Positions 29,347 to 40,813 are shown, numbered from the whole stretch's first letter. The stretch is 63,362 nucleotides of DNA, filler included, from Candidatus Rokuibacteriota bacterium (GCA_031406795.1; 7 parts of 7 records of this genome joined end to end with filler, not necessarily neighbours in it); one strand, 5' to 3'. Numbers and translations: made by a program. Notes: generated from the letters alone by a model not told the origin.

Positions 29347-31491
29347 TCAAGTCTCCCGACGGGGCGCGGACAGCAGTTCGAGCACCTTGCGCGCCGCCTC
29401 CGGGATGCGAGTCCCGGGTCCGAAGATCGCGCCGACCCCCGCGGCCTCGAGCGCGGCGTAGTCCTGCGGCGGCACGACCCCGCCGACGACCACGAGCATC
29501 TGCGCCGCTCCGGCCGCGCGCAGCCCGGCTAGAACCGCGGGAACGAGCGTCTGGTGCCCGCCCGCGAGTGTCGAGATGCCGACGGCGTGGACGTCGTTCT
29601 CGATCGCCTGGCGCACGACTTCCTCGGGCGTGGCGAACAGCGGACCGATGTCGACATCGTAACCCGCGTCGGCGAACGCGCTCGCGACGACCTTCGAGCC
29701 GCGGTCGTGCCCGTCCTGGCCGATCTTGGCGACGAGCAGGCGCGGCTGGCGGCCTTCGGCCCGCGCGAATTCCGCGACCGAACGGCGCAGGTCGGCGAAC
29801 TCCCCCTCGTCGCCCCAGCCGGCGCCGTAGATCCCCCCGGAGACGAAGGAATCGGCATGGTGGCGGCCGTAGACGGCTTCGAGCGCATCCGAAATCTCGC
29901 CGACGGTGGCGCGGGCGCGCGCCGCCGCGATCGCCAGCGGCAGCAGCGGTTCGTTGCGCTCGGCGGCGGTGGTGATGGCCGCGAGCGACGCCCGGCAGGC
30001 GCCGTCGTCCCGTCCGGCGCGCACTGCGGCGAGCCGCGCAACCTGGCTGGCGCGCACCGCAGCGTTGTCGACCATCAGGACGTCGACGAGTTCCTCGCGC
30101 TCGGGGCGGTAGCGGTTGACGCCGACGACCGTCTCCTCGGCGCGGTCGACTCTCGCCTGGCGCCGCGCGGCCGACTCCTCGACCCGGCGCTTGGGCAGGC
30201 CGTTCTCGACGGCGCGGGTCATGCCGCCGAGCGCCTCGACCTCGTCGATCAGCACCATGGCTTCGCGGATCAGGGCGTCGGTGAGCGCCTCGACGTAGTA
30301 GGAGCCGCCGAGCGGGTCGACCACGCGGGTGACCCCGGTCTCCTCCCGCAGGATCAGCTGGGTGTTGCGGGCAATGCGCGCCGAGGCCTCGGAGGGCAGC
30401 GCCAGCGCCTCGTCGAAGGAATTGGTGTGCAGCGACTGCGTGCCGCCGAGCACCGCCGCCAGCGCCTCGAGCGCCGTGCGCACGACGTTGTTGTACGGAT
30501 CCTGCGAAGTCAGACTCACGCCGCTGGTCTGGCAGTGGGTGCGCAACAGCAGCGAGCGCTCGTCCTCGGGGTCGAAGTGCCTGCGCATCAGCTCGGCCCA
30601 GAGGCGCCGCGCCGCGCGCAGCTTGGCGATCTCCATGAAGAAGTTCATGCCGATCCCGAAGAAGAACGAGAGCCGCGGTGCGAACTCGTCGACCGTGAGG
30701 CCGGTCTTTTGGGCGGCGCGCACGTATTCGATGCCGTCGGCCAGCGTGTAGGCCAGCTCCTGCACCGCGGTCGCCCCCGCCTCCTGCAGATGGTAGCCGG
30801 AGATCGAGATCGGGTTGAACTTCGGCGCATTGCGGGCGCACCAGGCGATGATGTCGGCGACCACGATCATCGAGGGCACCGGCGGGTAAATGTAGGTGTT
30901 GCGGACGAGGAACTCCTTGAGGATGTCGTTCTGGATCGTGCCGGTGAGCTTTGCCGCCGGCACGCCCTGCTCCTCCGCCGCCACGATGAACATCGCCATG
31001 ATCGGCAGCGCGGCTCCGTTCATCGTCATCGAGACGGACATCTTTTCGAGCGGGATCTGGTCGAAGAGGATCTTCATGTCCTCGACCGAGTCGATGGCGA
31101 CCCCGGCCTTGCCGACGTCGCCGACGACGCGCGGGTGGTCCGAGTCGTAGCCGCGGTGGGTCGGCAGGTCGAAGGCCACCGAGAGGCCGGCCTGCCCGGC
31201 GGCGAGGTTGCGCCGGTAAAAGGCGTTGGACTCCTCGGCGGTGGAGAAGCCGGCGTACTGGCGCAGCGTCCAGGGGCGCCCGGCGTACATCGTGGCCTTG
31301 ACCCCGCGCGTGAACGGGAAGAACCCGGGGGGCGCGCCGACCGATTCGATGTCCTCGAGATCGGCCGCTGAATAGAGCGGCTTGACCCCGATCCCCTCGG
31401 GGGTCTGCCAGGTCAGGCTGACGGGATCACCCTTGATCTCCTCGCGGGCGAGTTTCTCCCAGGCAGGAATTGCGGGATTATCGTTGCTCAT
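29347..31491 (-). CDS. scpA: Methylmalonyl-CoA mutase (B12-dependent)
   Basis: [37 protein letters not shown] and [11 protein letters not shown]12-binding motif. Confidence 0.96.
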   Translation of the reverse strand: MSNDNPAIPAWEKLAREEIKGDPVSLTWQTPEGIGVKPLYSAADLEDIESVGAPPGFFPFTRGVKATMYAGRPWTLRQYAGFSTAEESNAFYRRNLAAGQAGLSVAFDLPTHRGYDSDHPRVVGDVGKAGVAIDSVEDMKILFDQIPLEKMSVSMTMNGAALPIMAMFIVAAEEQGVPAAKLTGTIQNDILKEFLVRNTYIYPPVPSMIVVADIIAWCARNAPKFNPISISGYHLQEAGATAVQELAYTLADGIEYVRAAQKTGLTVDEFAPRLSFFFGIGMNFFMEIAKLRAARRLWAELMRRHFDPEDERSLLLRTHCQTSGVSLTSQDPYNNVVRTALEALAAVLGGTQSLHTNSFDEALALPSEASARIARNTQLILREETGVTRVVDPLGGSYYVEALTDALIREAMVLIDEVEALGGMTRAVENGLPKRRVEESAARRQARVDRAEETVVGVNRYRPEREELVDVLMVDNAAVRASQVARLAAVRAGRDDGACRASLAAITTAAERNEPLLPLAIAAARARATVGEISDALEAVYGRHHADSFVSGGIYGAGWGDEGEFADLRRSVAEFARAEGRQPRLLVAKIGQDGHDRGSKVVASAFADAGYDVDIGPLFATPEEVVRQAIENDVHAVGISTLAGGHQTLVPAVLAGLRAAGAAQMLVVVGGVVPPQDYAALEAAGVGAIFGPGTRIPEAARKVLELLSAPRRET

Positions 31492-31587
31492 GTTGCCTCC
31501 TCAGAACTGGAGTAAAATCTGGAGAAAATCGTGTCACGATAGTTGTCGGTTTCATAGAGTCATAGGTAATCGCGAAGTATCATGATG

Positions 31588-34353
31588 TCAACCGCCCGCA
31601 CTCAGGACCTTTGTGCATTCCTCCCCGAACTGGCTGATGACGCGGACGGCGATATTCTGCGCCTTGCTGCGGATCTCGATCGGGTGGCTGATGTGGCCGT
31701 AGAGGCGGTCGAAGGCTTCCTCGTTGATCTCGACCTTGAGTGTTTTCTCAGCGCGCTTGCGGGCACCGTCCGCGGCGAGGTTGGCGAGGCCCTTCTGCCA
31801 TTTCTGGAACTCGTCCTTGTCGCCGCCGCAGAAGAAGACCTGCCGCACGACGAAGTTGCTGCCGTCGTAGTCGTCGTCGACCATCCAGTAGGCGATGTCG
31901 GCGACGTCCCGCGCCCGGACCTCGTCGCGGATCGGATCGTAGATGTCGAGGCCGCGGATCTCGACGCGCACGGTCCCGCTCAAACCCCCTGTTTCCCCCT
32001 TTGGCAAAGGGGGATCTAGGGGGTTTTTCTTGCCTTTCGCCTGGCCTTTTACATCCCTCGCCCCTTGGGGGAGAGGGTCGGGGTGAGGGGTTCCGGGTTC
32101 CCTCACCAGCACGATATCCGGCTCCCCGATCGTCACGAACGACGCCGCCTTCTTGTCGCGCTTCAGCAGCCCGTCCTGCATCAGGTCGTCGTGCATTCGC
32201 ACCTTGGTGATCTCGAAGCTGCCGTGGCTTGTGGTCTCGCTGTGGTTCTCGATCGCGCTCTCGAAGGAGAAGCCAAGGACGATCAGCCAGTCGGCATCCC
32301 CGCGCTGCCGGCACTCCTTGACCGCCTCGTTGACCGCCTGGCGGCTGACGGTGCCGTATTTCGGGCCGATGTGCAGGTAGGCCTTCTTTTCCACGAGTTG
32401 TTTCGCGGCCGGCGTCGCGGCGTTTGTCTTGTTCGCTCCGCGTCCCTCGCCCTTTGCCGCGCCGAGGTAGAAGCCTTCGGCGTGCAGATAGCCGCTCGCG
32501 AGCCGGTCGACGCGGACGAAGACCGCCTGCTCGTTGCGGATGCCGTTCTTCACGCCGGCGGACTTCAGGTGCTCGAAGATCCGCTCCTCGAAGGATTCCA
32601 GTTCGTCAGCGTCGGGTACGTCGCGATCCAGCGCCTCGGGCGGAACTGGCTCGAAGCTCTGGAGGGTCTCGACGGTGAAGGGGCCGGCGACGCGCAGCTT
32701 CTTCTTGTCGGCCTCCGGCTGGTCGTAGAGGGTCTCCTCGGTCGCAGGCTCACCTTGGGCGATCTGACCAAGCATGATGTGCGGGACCTTCTTGTAGACG
32801 AAGCCCTGGCGGATATCCTCGCCTTTCTCATCATAGAGCTTGAAGTAGGGGAAGGTCGCAGTCATCAGGCGGGTCTTGGCGATGTTCAGGGCGATGCGTG
32901 AGGTGTCGACAGTGATCCACCGCCGCCCCCACTGCTCGGTCACGAAGGCGGTGGTGCCGCTGCCGCAGGTCGGATCGAGGACGAGGTCGCCCGGGTCCGT
33001 GGTCATGAGGATGCAGCGTTGGATAACTTTTGTGCTGGTTTCGACGACGTACTGTTTTTCAGAGGCGAATCCCGCGATGACTGTATCGGTCCATAAATTG
33101 TTAATCGGTATGGCGGCAAAGTCGTCAATGTACCTGACGTAATAGAGGCCGGTTTCAGTGTTTTGTAACCTGTTGTTAACGAGTAGAGAGGCCATGCCCT
33201 TTTCGTTAGTCTTCCAGCGGCTCTTGGGACTGGGCAGCCATTCCCGTCCAACGAATTTCACTGGAAACCAGCAGGCAGCGCCCTCGCCCTTTTCTCTGCC
33301 GATACTTTGGCTCTGGAGGTTGTCGAGACGAAATACCCTTGCGCCTTCGGGAAGTTCTGTCAGGCCAAGGCGCTCCTCTTTTGTCATGCGTCTTCGCTCT
33401 TTGCTCTTCAGTTCTAACCAGCTATACGGGCCACCCGCCTCGGATTCGATGGATTTTTCGTTATAGATTTGTCGATACTTTAGTGTCTCCTTCGAGCGAG
33501 CATACCAAAGCAGGTAGTCACATGTGCCAGGCAGGAAGTCTTCCGTGGATCCGCTTGTCTTAGAAAACGCGATCAATGAGACAAAGTTCTCGCTCCCGAA
33601 CACCTCATCCATGATGCAGCGGACGAGATGCACGTTCTCATCGCTGATCTGCACGAAGCAGGAGCCGCTCTCGGTCAGCAGTTCCTTCGCGACGAGGAGG
33701 CGATCGCGCAGGTAGCTCAGGTAGGAGTGGATCCCGAGTTCCCAGGTGTCACGGTAGGCCTTGATCTGCTCCGGCTCGCCGCTCAGGTCTGCGTCGTCGC
33801 CGTCCTTCACGGTGCGGTTGTTCAGCTTCATCTGCCAGTTCGAGCCGTACTTGATCCCGTAGGGCGGGTCAAAGAAAGCGCACTGCACCTTCCCGGCCAT
33901 CCCCTCGCGCTCCAGCAGCGAAGTCATCACGAGCAGGCTGTCCCCCTGGATCAGGCGGTTCGTCCAGCCGTCGGAGTGCCGGTAGTACTCGGAGACCTTT
34001 TCGAGCTCCTCGACGCCGAGGGAGTTGCCGAAGAGCAAGTTGAGATCCAGCTGCGCGTTCGGCAACTCCTTCATCCGGTAGAGGCGCTGGATCAGCGTCT
34101 CGGGGGCGATGTGTTCATGGCGATACAGCGAGCGGATGTCGACTTTGAGCAGGTCCTCGCGGTCGTCCCGGCCGTGCTTGCGCAGCCAGAAGCGTTCCGG
34201 GTCCTGCCCGCGGTGCACCACGGGATTCGCAGGGTACTCGGCCTTCTGCCGCCCGGACTTGACCTTCGGGCTGGCATCCTCGACGCCGGCCTCCTCCCGC
34301 GAAGGGATATGCGCCCGTTTCTCCTTGGGATGCTTGATGGATTTGATGGTCAT
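31588..34353 (-). CDS. mod: Type III-like site-specific amino-DNA methyltransferase (Mod)
   Basis: Motif IV FDPPYG precedes motif [11 protein letters not shown] (beta class); long C-terminal extension; linked to a Res-like gene. Confidence 0.9.
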   Translation of the reverse strand: MTIKSIKHPKEKRAHIPSREEAGVEDASPKVKSGRQKAEYPANPVVHRGQDPERFWLRKHGRDDREDLLKVDIRSLYRHEHIAPETLIQRLYRMKELPNAQLDLNLLFGNSLGVEELEKVSEYYRHSDGWTNRLIQGDSLLVMTSLLEREGMAGKVQCAFFDPPYGIKYGSNWQMKLNNRTVKDGDDADLSGEPEQIKAYRDTWELGIHSYLSYLRDRLLVAKELLTESGSCFVQISDENVHLVRCIMDEVFGSENFVSLIAFSKTSGSTEDFLPGTCDYLLWYARSKETLKYRQIYNEKSIESEAGGPYSWLELKSKERRRMTKEERLGLTELPEGARVFRLDNLQSQSIGREKGEGAACWFPVKFVGREWLPSPKSRWKTNEKGMASLLVNNRLQNTETGLYYVRYIDDFAAIPINNLWTDTVIAGFASEKQYVVETSTKVIQRCILMTTDPGDLVLDPTCGSGTTAFVTEQWGRRWITVDTSRIALNIAKTRLMTATFPYFKLYDEKGEDIRQGFVYKKVPHIMLGQIAQGEPATEETLYDQPEADKKKLRVAGPFTVETLQSFEPVPPEALDRDVPDADELESFEERIFEHLKSAGVKNGIRNEQAVFVRVDRLASGYLHAEGFYLGAAKGEGRGANKTNAATPAAKQLVEKKAYLHIGPKYGTVSRQAVNEAVKECRQRGDADWLIVLGFSFESAIENHSETTSHGSFEITKVRMHDDLMQDGLLKRDKKAASFVTIGEPDIVLVREPGTPHPDPLPQGARDVKGQAKGKKNPLDPPLPKGETGGLSGTVRVEIRGLDIYDPIRDEVRARDVADIAYWMVDDDYDGSNFVVRQVFFCGGDKDEFQKWQKGLANLAADGARKRAEKTLKVEINEEAFDRLYGHISHPIEIRSKAQNIAVRVISQFGEECTKVLSAGG

Positions 34354-34363
34354 GGGGAGTGCA

Positions 34364-34597
34364 TCAGGCTGCGAATGAAACGACCGGGACTTTGATTTCC
34401 TTCAGGGGATGATCAACGCCCTTTTCAAGGACGGACTGGATCCGGTCAAGCAGCGCGGCGTCGAGATATTTCTCGCCGCACTGGCCGCATTTATCTGCGG
34501 GGACATCCTCGAAGACAACCGGAGTCGCGTCCTTGGTGTACATGATAAAAGAAACCCTCTCCCGGATGATCTCGCCGCCGCACTCGAAGCACTTCAT
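34364..34597 (-). CDS. YgiT/MqsA-type zinc-finger protein (putative antitoxin)
   Basis: MKCFECGG...[12 protein letters not shown]. Confidence 0.85.
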   Translation of the reverse strand: MKCFECGGEIIRERVSFIMYTKDATPVVFEDVPADKCGQCGEKYLDAALLDRIQSVLEKGVDHPLKEIKVPVVSFAA

Positions 34598-34914
34598 TTC
34601 GGTCGTCTCCTTTCAGGCGTTTCCCACGCCTCCGGATTCGGCTCATATACGGTAATAATCCAGAGCATATCATCCGTTATCCCGCAGACGAGATGCAGAT
34701 CACGTCCACCCGACGTCCGTCCCCATACCAAACAACTGTGGCCACGCGGATCGTCGGGATAATCCTCCACGATCACCGCGTTGAGTAATGCCGCCTTGAT
34801 CTCGGCTGGCATTATACCCCGCTCGTTGCTCCGGAGTAGGGCGTGGAGCCGGACCTTGAAGGTGCCGACTGCGGCCTTCTCCTGGATCCAGTGTTCAAGA
34901 GATTCATGCGACAT
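34594..34914 (-). CDS. DUF4258 family protein (putative toxin)
   Basis: HA...ERGI, IVEDYPDDPRGHSCL, LHLVCG and IITVYEP; 4-nt overlap with the zinc-finger gene. Confidence 0.85.
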   Translation of the reverse strand: MSHESLEHWIQEKAAVGTFKVRLHALLRSNERGIMPAEIKAALLNAVIVEDYPDDPRGHSCLVWGRTSGGRDLHLVCGITDDMLWIITVYEPNPEAWETPERRRPK

Positions 34915-34948
34915 ATGTCACGAAGCTCTCCGACCCTCGGGTCCGTGC

Positions 34949-35290
34949 TCAAGGTTTTTCATGGAGCACCTTGCCTTCCCGTAGCGCCCGGGCGATCACA
35001 TGGTTCACGCTGTGCCGCCAGGTCTCAGCCTCATCCCGGCTGACAACGAGGATATCCTTCGAGATACCGCTTCCAGCCAGCCGCCGGTAGAGTCTCGCGG
35101 CTTCCTTGCGACGACTCCGCGCCGGACCAAAAGGGTCGTCTTCGACCACCAGGAGATCCACATCCGAATCCGGACGGCCCGCCCCACGGCCACGAGATCC
35201 AAAGAGAACCACCATGCGCGGGGCAACCTCGGCCACGATGCTCGGCACCATCGAATCAATTGAAACGGTCGCACCGCCGGATGATGTCAT
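34949..35290 (-). CDS. MNT-family nucleotidyltransferase (antitoxin-like)
   Basis: VLFGSRGRG..RPDSDVDLLVV and ALREGKVL. Confidence 0.85.
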   Translation of the reverse strand: MTSSGGATVSIDSMVPSIVAEVAPRMVVLFGSRGRGAGRPDSDVDLLVVEDDPFGPARSRRKEAARLYRRLAGSGISKDILVVSRDEAETWRHSVNHVIARALREGKVLHEKP

Positions 35291-35300
35291 GTTAGTCACC

Positions 35301-35483
35301 TTACTTCCCCCAGGTCTTGATTCGCCTGGCCATTTCCTTGCTTGAGATGGTCCGGCCGGCCCGGGAATCAGAGAGACCCCGCTGAATCATGCGCTCGAAG
35401 GCTGATTCACGCATCCCAGCGGCGATCTCTCGCTCTCCCTGCGCCAAGAGACGAAGAATATCATTTGGGTTCCTGATGGACAT
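35301..35483 (-). pseudogene. Small, probably chimeric antitoxin-like ORF
   Basis: ILRLLAQGEREIAAG followed by AFERMIQRGLSDSRAGRTISSKEM, resembling two different antitoxin tails. Confidence 0.45.
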
Positions 35484-35490
35484 AGCCGGA

Positions 35491-35679
35491 TCACCCCCGT
35501 GTGTAGCGCACCGGGCGCTCTCGAGCTGATGCGGAATCCTTCACGTATTCCCGGACGATCTTGCCGTTCTTCCAGACGATCAAGGGCAAACCGGCCAGAC
35601 GATGCTCTTCCGTCAACCGCACGGATGCATCTTTCATGGCTGCAAGCGCCTTGTCCCGTAATACTGTTCCTTTTTTCAT
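35491..35679 (-). CDS. Small hypothetical protein, partner of the zeta-like ATPase
   Basis: 62 aa; EEHRLAGLPLIVWKNGKIV; 4-nt overlap with the upstream gene. Confidence 0.65.
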   Translation of the reverse strand: MKKGTVLRDKALAAMKDASVRLTEEHRLAGLPLIVWKNGKIVREYVKDSASARERPVRYTRG

Positions 35680-36266
35680 CGGCCCACCTTCTTCATGATG
35701 TTCTCATACTTCTCTTGCTGATAGATCTGCACCTGGCCTTCAACCTGCTCAAAGATCAGGGATGGCTCGACATTGGATGCGTCGAAAAAATAGAGCGAAT
35801 CCAAGAGAAACCAGTAGAGGTTGAAGAGATTGTTCAGCGTCCGGGGGAAACGACGGCGGACATCGGCCTTGGGTACGTCATGGCCACCACGCTTGACCCG
35901 GTCGGCGACCCTCTGAAGAGACATTTCCGGGCTTGGAAGCCAGAGATAGAACATGTGGACCTGATAACCACCCTCCCGGATTCCCCTGAGCAGCGGGACA
36001 TAGGTTCGGCCAGAGAGAGTGGTTTCCATCGCAAAATCATTGTTCGCCTTTGCCAGATCATGGATACGCTGGAGCACTACTCTTCCCGCGGCAGGGCCGG
36101 CACGTCTTGCGTCGAAAGGGGAAAGTCCCAGGGCGATCAGGTCCTGGTTGACGAATTCCAGGCAGTGGACGTAGTGCGGCAGGAAGTCCCGTGCGAAGGT
36201 CGTCTTTCCGGCGCCGTTTGGTCCGGCGATGACGTAGCACTGAGGGTGCCGCTTAGGCACGGTCAA
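35676..36266 (-). CDS. Zeta-toxin-like / AAA_33 P-loop protein
   Basis: [20 protein letters not shown] and [14 protein letters not shown]. Confidence 0.88.
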   Translation of the reverse strand: MTVPKRHPQCYVIAGPNGAGKTTFARDFLPHYVHCLEFVNQDLIALGLSPFDARRAGPAAGRVVLQRIHDLAKANNDFAMETTLSGRTYVPLLRGIREGGYQVHMFYLWLPSPEMSLQRVADRVKRGGHDVPKADVRRRFPRTLNNLFNLYWFLLDSLYFFDASNVEPSLIFEQVEGQVQIYQQEKYENIMKKVGR

Positions 36267-38631
36267 TCTCCGCGATCTTCTCCATCAGAACACGCTTGAT
36301 CTCCCGAATGTCGCCGGCGACCTCGACGAAAGCCCACTCGTCCCAGCCGTTCTTCTCGCGGACCGCGTTCACCGCCGGCAGCCAGCGGTTCTCGACGTGC
36401 CACTTCTTTTCGGCCTTGTCGTCGTTCATGCCGGTGATCTCGACGATCAGGTTCACCGTGCGGCCATCGGCGAGCAGGCAGCGGGCGATGAAGTCCGGGA
36501 AGTATTCCCGGTCCTTCCCCTCGGCGACATACGGGATCGAGAACCCAAGGAAGGCGTTCTTGACGTAGCTCTGCACCGCGTCGATCTCTTCGAGGGTCTT
36601 CGCGGCGATCTGCTCCCAGCTCTTCGTGTCGGCGACCACACAATTCACGTGACTCTTGGTCGTCGCGTAGACCTCCCGTGTCGTCGAGCCGTGCACGTAG
36701 GCGGTGCTGCCGGTGCGGTTGTAGTAGTTGAGCACCGGCAGGATGCGGTCAGTTGAGCGACTGGCGGCCTGGATGCCGCGGTTAATGTGGCTGCAGACCG
36801 CCTTCGGGTCGAAGAAGGTGATCAGTTTCTTGAAATCCGGGTCGCTGTAGCCGATCAGCCGGATCTTTGTCCGGTACCATTCCTCGACGATCCCCTGGAG
36901 CTGCCGGAAACGGTGGAAGAGCGGCCGGCCGTCGTCGTCGGAGAAATGCAGGTTGATCAGTTCCTTGGTGATCGCATAGACGATCTCCTGCTCGCGCTTC
37001 TCTTTCACGGCGCCGATCACCAGTTTCTCCTGGCGGTCGGAGAAGGCGTTCGCCATCTTCGTCTCGAGCGGGTACTTGGTGCCGTCGATCTCGAAGTCAT
37101 CCAGGCCGGAGAAGTCCGCGATGACCGGACCCTCATGCGTCTCGACGCGGTAGCCGACGACGTTCGGAAAAGCGATTTCATGCTCTTCGCGGCGTTCGGG
37201 GAGAGCGCGGATCTCCTTGACCTCGCGAGGCGTCGGCGGTTCGACGGTGCCGCCCTTGAACATCTTGAACGGCACGCCGATGATGTGGGCGTACTCCGGC
37301 GGGAACTTCCGCGCGACGATCTTGCGCTTGTCCTCGGTCGGTTTGCCCTGCTTGTCGTAGCCCTGGAGGAAATAGCTCTTGCGCCGCAGCGCCCGGCCGG
37401 CGACCTGTTCGCACAGCAGCTGGGAGCCGAACGCGCGCAGCCCCATGATGTGGGTCACGGTGTTGGCGTCCCAGCCTTCGGTGAGCATCGAGACCGAGAC
37501 AACGCAGCGCAGATGCGCGCCGAGCGTGCCGCGCTTGCCGACGGTGTTGACGACCTCGCGCAGGATCTCGGCCTCGGTGATCCCCTCGGCGGTACCCTGG
37601 CCGTGAACGCGGGCGTACTCGCGACGGAAAACCTCGATCTCGTCGGCGAAGACTTTCTTGAAGTCCTCGCTGATCTGGCCGGAGTTCTCGAGCGCGTCGC
37701 TGTCGATCAGCAGCGTCGGCGGCTTCTGGAGCGGGCGGCCGGACGTCTGGTCATAATTCGAGAAGAGATCGAAATGCCCGGGGACGGGGCGCAAGGACCC
37801 GTCCGAAAGGGTCTGCTCGTAGCCGCCGATGTATTTGAAGACCTCCTTCGAGACGGAGACGTTGCTGCAGACCACGATGAAGACCGGTGGCGCTTCGAAG
37901 AGACCGCGGTAGGCGTCATAGTCCTTGCGATAGTGCCCGTAGAAGCTGTCGAGCGCGAGCTTGACAAGGGCTGGCAAATGCGGCGGCTGCTCTCCGGAGA
38001 GTTCTTTTCCTTCTTTTTTGGCTTCCGCTCTCAATCGCTTCAAACCCTTGCGCGGCAGCTCATCGCGAACGTGGCCGTAGAGGTTGTGCAGCACCGGCAT
38101 GGTCAACTCGTGCGTGGTGTTGCCGGTGCCGGTCGCCATTTTGAAAGCCAGGCGGGGCAGATTGGCGGTTGCGTCGCCTGGCGCGACGGTCTGCGCAACA
38201 CGGAGCTGATTCAGGGCGTGCTGGCCGACGTTCGATGCGGGAGCGACCTCGTTGAGCCAGATTGCGGTTTCAAGGGCCTCTTGTTGCGCGAAGAAGAGCT
38301 TCTGGTTGTCGTGGCGGTCCGGGTCGAGGAACCAGAAGGTGAGCAGCTCGCGAGTGACGCGGGTCGTGCCGGGGTAGCTGGCCGCGCGCCAGAGGCCGAC
38401 CTCCCGGCGCAGCAGGTTGATCAGCAGCGTGCCGTACTCGGCGCCACGGTCGTTGATCTCGAACAGCGCAGCTTGTGGTCCCTGCCGGATCGGGATGGCC
38501 TGGACCTCCGGAGCGAAGATACGCCGTCCTTCCACGATGCGGGCATAGTCCAGCGCGCCGCTGTCGTCGGTGGCATAGTGCCACCGGGGTTCCTCGTACG
38601 GGCCGTTGAGGATTGGGTTGTCGGCAACCAT
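36253..38631 (-). pseudogene. res: Type III restriction-like Res subunit with an in-frame deletion in the helicase core
   Basis: [28 protein letters not shown](N)[19 protein letters not shown] and YFPDF are present; the Walker A Lys and the DEAH motif are absent. Confidence 0.75.
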
Positions 38632-38824
38632 CCTCACCAGTATAGCCGATCAATTACAATCCAATGCGTTACAGCAGCCATCATCGTCCTTCTTCGATCA
38701 CCGGGAACTTTCTGACTTCTGGTATCATCCAACGCCCGACGATGGTTAATGATTTCAAATGGATGCTGAGTTTGAGAAAATACTTATCAGAATAGGATGC
38801 TGTACAAATTCGAGATTTGTTAAG

Positions 38825-38895
38825 CCGTTCGTGCTGAGCCTGTCGAAGCATGAAAGGCTTTTTCGCTCACCCTTCGACAAGCTCAGGGCGAACGG
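38825..38895. repeat. Inverted REP-like pair
   Basis: CCGTTCGTGCTGAGCCTGTCGAAGCATG ... CCCTTCGACAAGCTCAGGGCGAACGG. Confidence 0.75.
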
Positions 38896-38950
38896 TTACG
38901 GCTGACATGGTCCTTGGGGGAGCTTGGGTAGTGTGCTGATGGAGGAAACG

Positions 38951-39931
38951 ATGGATATTCAAGAGATTACGCAGCAGGTCGAAAAAGAGATCGTCGTCAT
39001 CCGCCGGATCCGGGCGGAAATCGAGAAGGTCGTGGTCGGTCAGCGCGAACTGATCGACCGGATGCTGATCGGGCTGCTCTGCGACGGGCACATCCTGATC
39101 GAGGGCCTGCCCGGGCTGGCCAAGACCACGGCCGTCAAGACGCTTGCCGCCACCATCCGCACCTCCTTCCAGAGGATTCAGTTCACGCCGGACCTGCTCC
39201 CCGCCGATATCCTCGGCACCCAGATCTACCGCCCGGACACGGCCACGTTCGAGATCAAGAAGGGGCCGATCTTTCACAACATCCTGCTCGCCGACGAGAT
39301 CAACCGCGCCCCCGCCAAGGTTCAGAGCGCCCTGCTCGAGGCGATGCAGGAGCGCCAGGTGACCATCGGCCAGCAGACGTTCGCTCTGGCGCGGCCGTTC
39401 ATCGTGCTGGCCACGCAGAATCCGATCGAGCACGAGGGCACCTACCCGCTGCCCGAAGCGCAGATCGATCGCTTCATGATGAAGATCAAGGTCGGGTACC
39501 CCTCCGCCGAGGAGGAGAAGAAGATCATGGCGCGCGTCTACGAGGGGGCCGCCGACCAGGTGGCCGGCGTGGTCGATTACGCGCAGATCGACGCGGCGAC
39601 GCGGACCATGCGGCAGATCCACATGGAAGAGAAGATCGTGGACTACATCATCCGCCTCAGCTCGGCGACCCGGAACCCGAAAGAATTCGGCCTCGACATC
39701 GGCCCGATGATCAATTTCGGCGCCTCCCCCCGCGCCTCCATCTGGCTCGGTCTCGCCGCGCGGGCCTCCGCCTTCCTGAACGGGCGCGGCTATGTGACGC
39801 CGCAGGACGTCAAGTCGCTGGCCCCGGACGTGCTGCGCCACCGGATCCTGCTCAGCTACGAGGCGGAAGCCGAGGGGAAGACCACGGACGACCTGATCAA
39901 GATCCTGCTGGAGCGGATCGAGGTGCCGTAG
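38951..39931 (+). CDS. moxR: MoxR family AAA+ ATPase
   Basis: EGLPGLAKT, RIQFTPDLLPAD, LADEINRA and ATQNPIE.EGTYPLPEAQ.DRF; GGAGG RBS. Confidence 0.95.
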   Translation: MDIQEITQQVEKEIVVIRRIRAEIEKVVVGQRELIDRMLIGLLCDGHILIEGLPGLAKTTAVKTLAATIRTSFQRIQFTPDLLPADILGTQIYRPDTATFEIKKGPIFHNILLADEINRAPAKVQSALLEAMQERQVTIGQQTFALARPFIVLATQNPIEHEGTYPLPEAQIDRFMMKIKVGYPSAEEEKKIMARVYEGAADQVAGVVDYAQIDAATRTMRQIHMEEKIVDYIIRLSSATRNPKEFGLDIGPMINFGASPRASIWLGLAARASAFLNGRGYVTPQDVKSLAPDVLRHRILLSYEAEAEGKTTDDLIKILLERIEVP

Positions 39932-40813
39932 ATGATCCCGGAGGATCTCTTCAGGAAGATCCAGGGCTTCCATTTCCGGACCCGGCGGCAGGCGAACGAG
40001 CTGTTCGCCGGCGGCTACGAGAGCGCCTTCAAGGGCCGGGGGATGGAATTCGCCGAGGTGCGCGAGTACCAGGTCGGCGACGACATCCGCGCGATCGACT
40101 GGAATGTCTCAGCCCGTTTCGGGCACCCGTACGTGAAAGTCTTCCATGAAGAGCGCGAGCTGACCGTCATGCTGCTGCTCGATGTCTCGGGCTCCCACGC
40201 CTTCGGGACCCGGGCGAAATTCAAGCGGGAGTTGCTGGCCGAGGTCGCCGGCATGCTGGCCTTTCTCGCCGTGCGCACCAACGACAAGGTCGGCGCCATC
40301 CTCTTCAGCAACGGACCCGAAAAGTACATCCCCCCGAAAAAGGGGGCGGCGCACGTCTGGCGGCTGATCAAGGAAGTCTTCACCTATCAGCCGCGCAATC
40401 CGCGGACCGACCTGGATGCGTCGCTCGCCTACCTGAATCGGGTGGTGAAGCGGCACGCCATCGTGTTCCTGATCTCCGATTGCCAGGCGGCCGGCTTCGA
40501 GAAATCGCTGCGTCTGACCGCGCGGAAGCACGAGCTGTCGGTCATCCGCATCTCCGACCCCGCGGAAGACGAACTGCCGAATATCGGGCTCGCCACGTTG
40601 CGAGACCCCGAGACCGGCGAGGTCGCGCTGCTGAACACCGGCAGCCGGGAGCTGCGCGAGCGCTGGCGCCGGCACCGGAAGGCCCAGGCCGCCGCGCTGG
40701 CGGGGGAGCTCAAGTGCGCCGGGGTGGATCTCGTGGATCTTTCGACGGGCGGGCCGGTGGTCGAGCCGCTGTTGAAGCTCTTCGAAGGCCGGAAGAGGCG
40801 GATCGCGGGATGA
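39932..40813 (+). CDS. DUF58 protein
   Basis: GMEFAEVREYQVGDDIRAIDWNVSAR. Confidence 0.92.
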   Translation: MIPEDLFRKIQGFHFRTRRQANELFAGGYESAFKGRGMEFAEVREYQVGDDIRAIDWNVSARFGHPYVKVFHEERELTVMLLLDVSGSHAFGTRAKFKRELLAEVAGMLAFLAVRTNDKVGAILFSNGPEKYIPPKKGAAHVWRLIKEVFTYQPRNPRTDLDASLAYLNRVVKRHAIVFLISDCQAAGFEKSLRLTARKHELSVIRISDPAEDELPNIGLATLRDPETGEVALLNTGSRELRERWRRHRKAQAAALAGELKCAGVDLVDLSTGGPVVEPLLKLFEGRKRRIAG

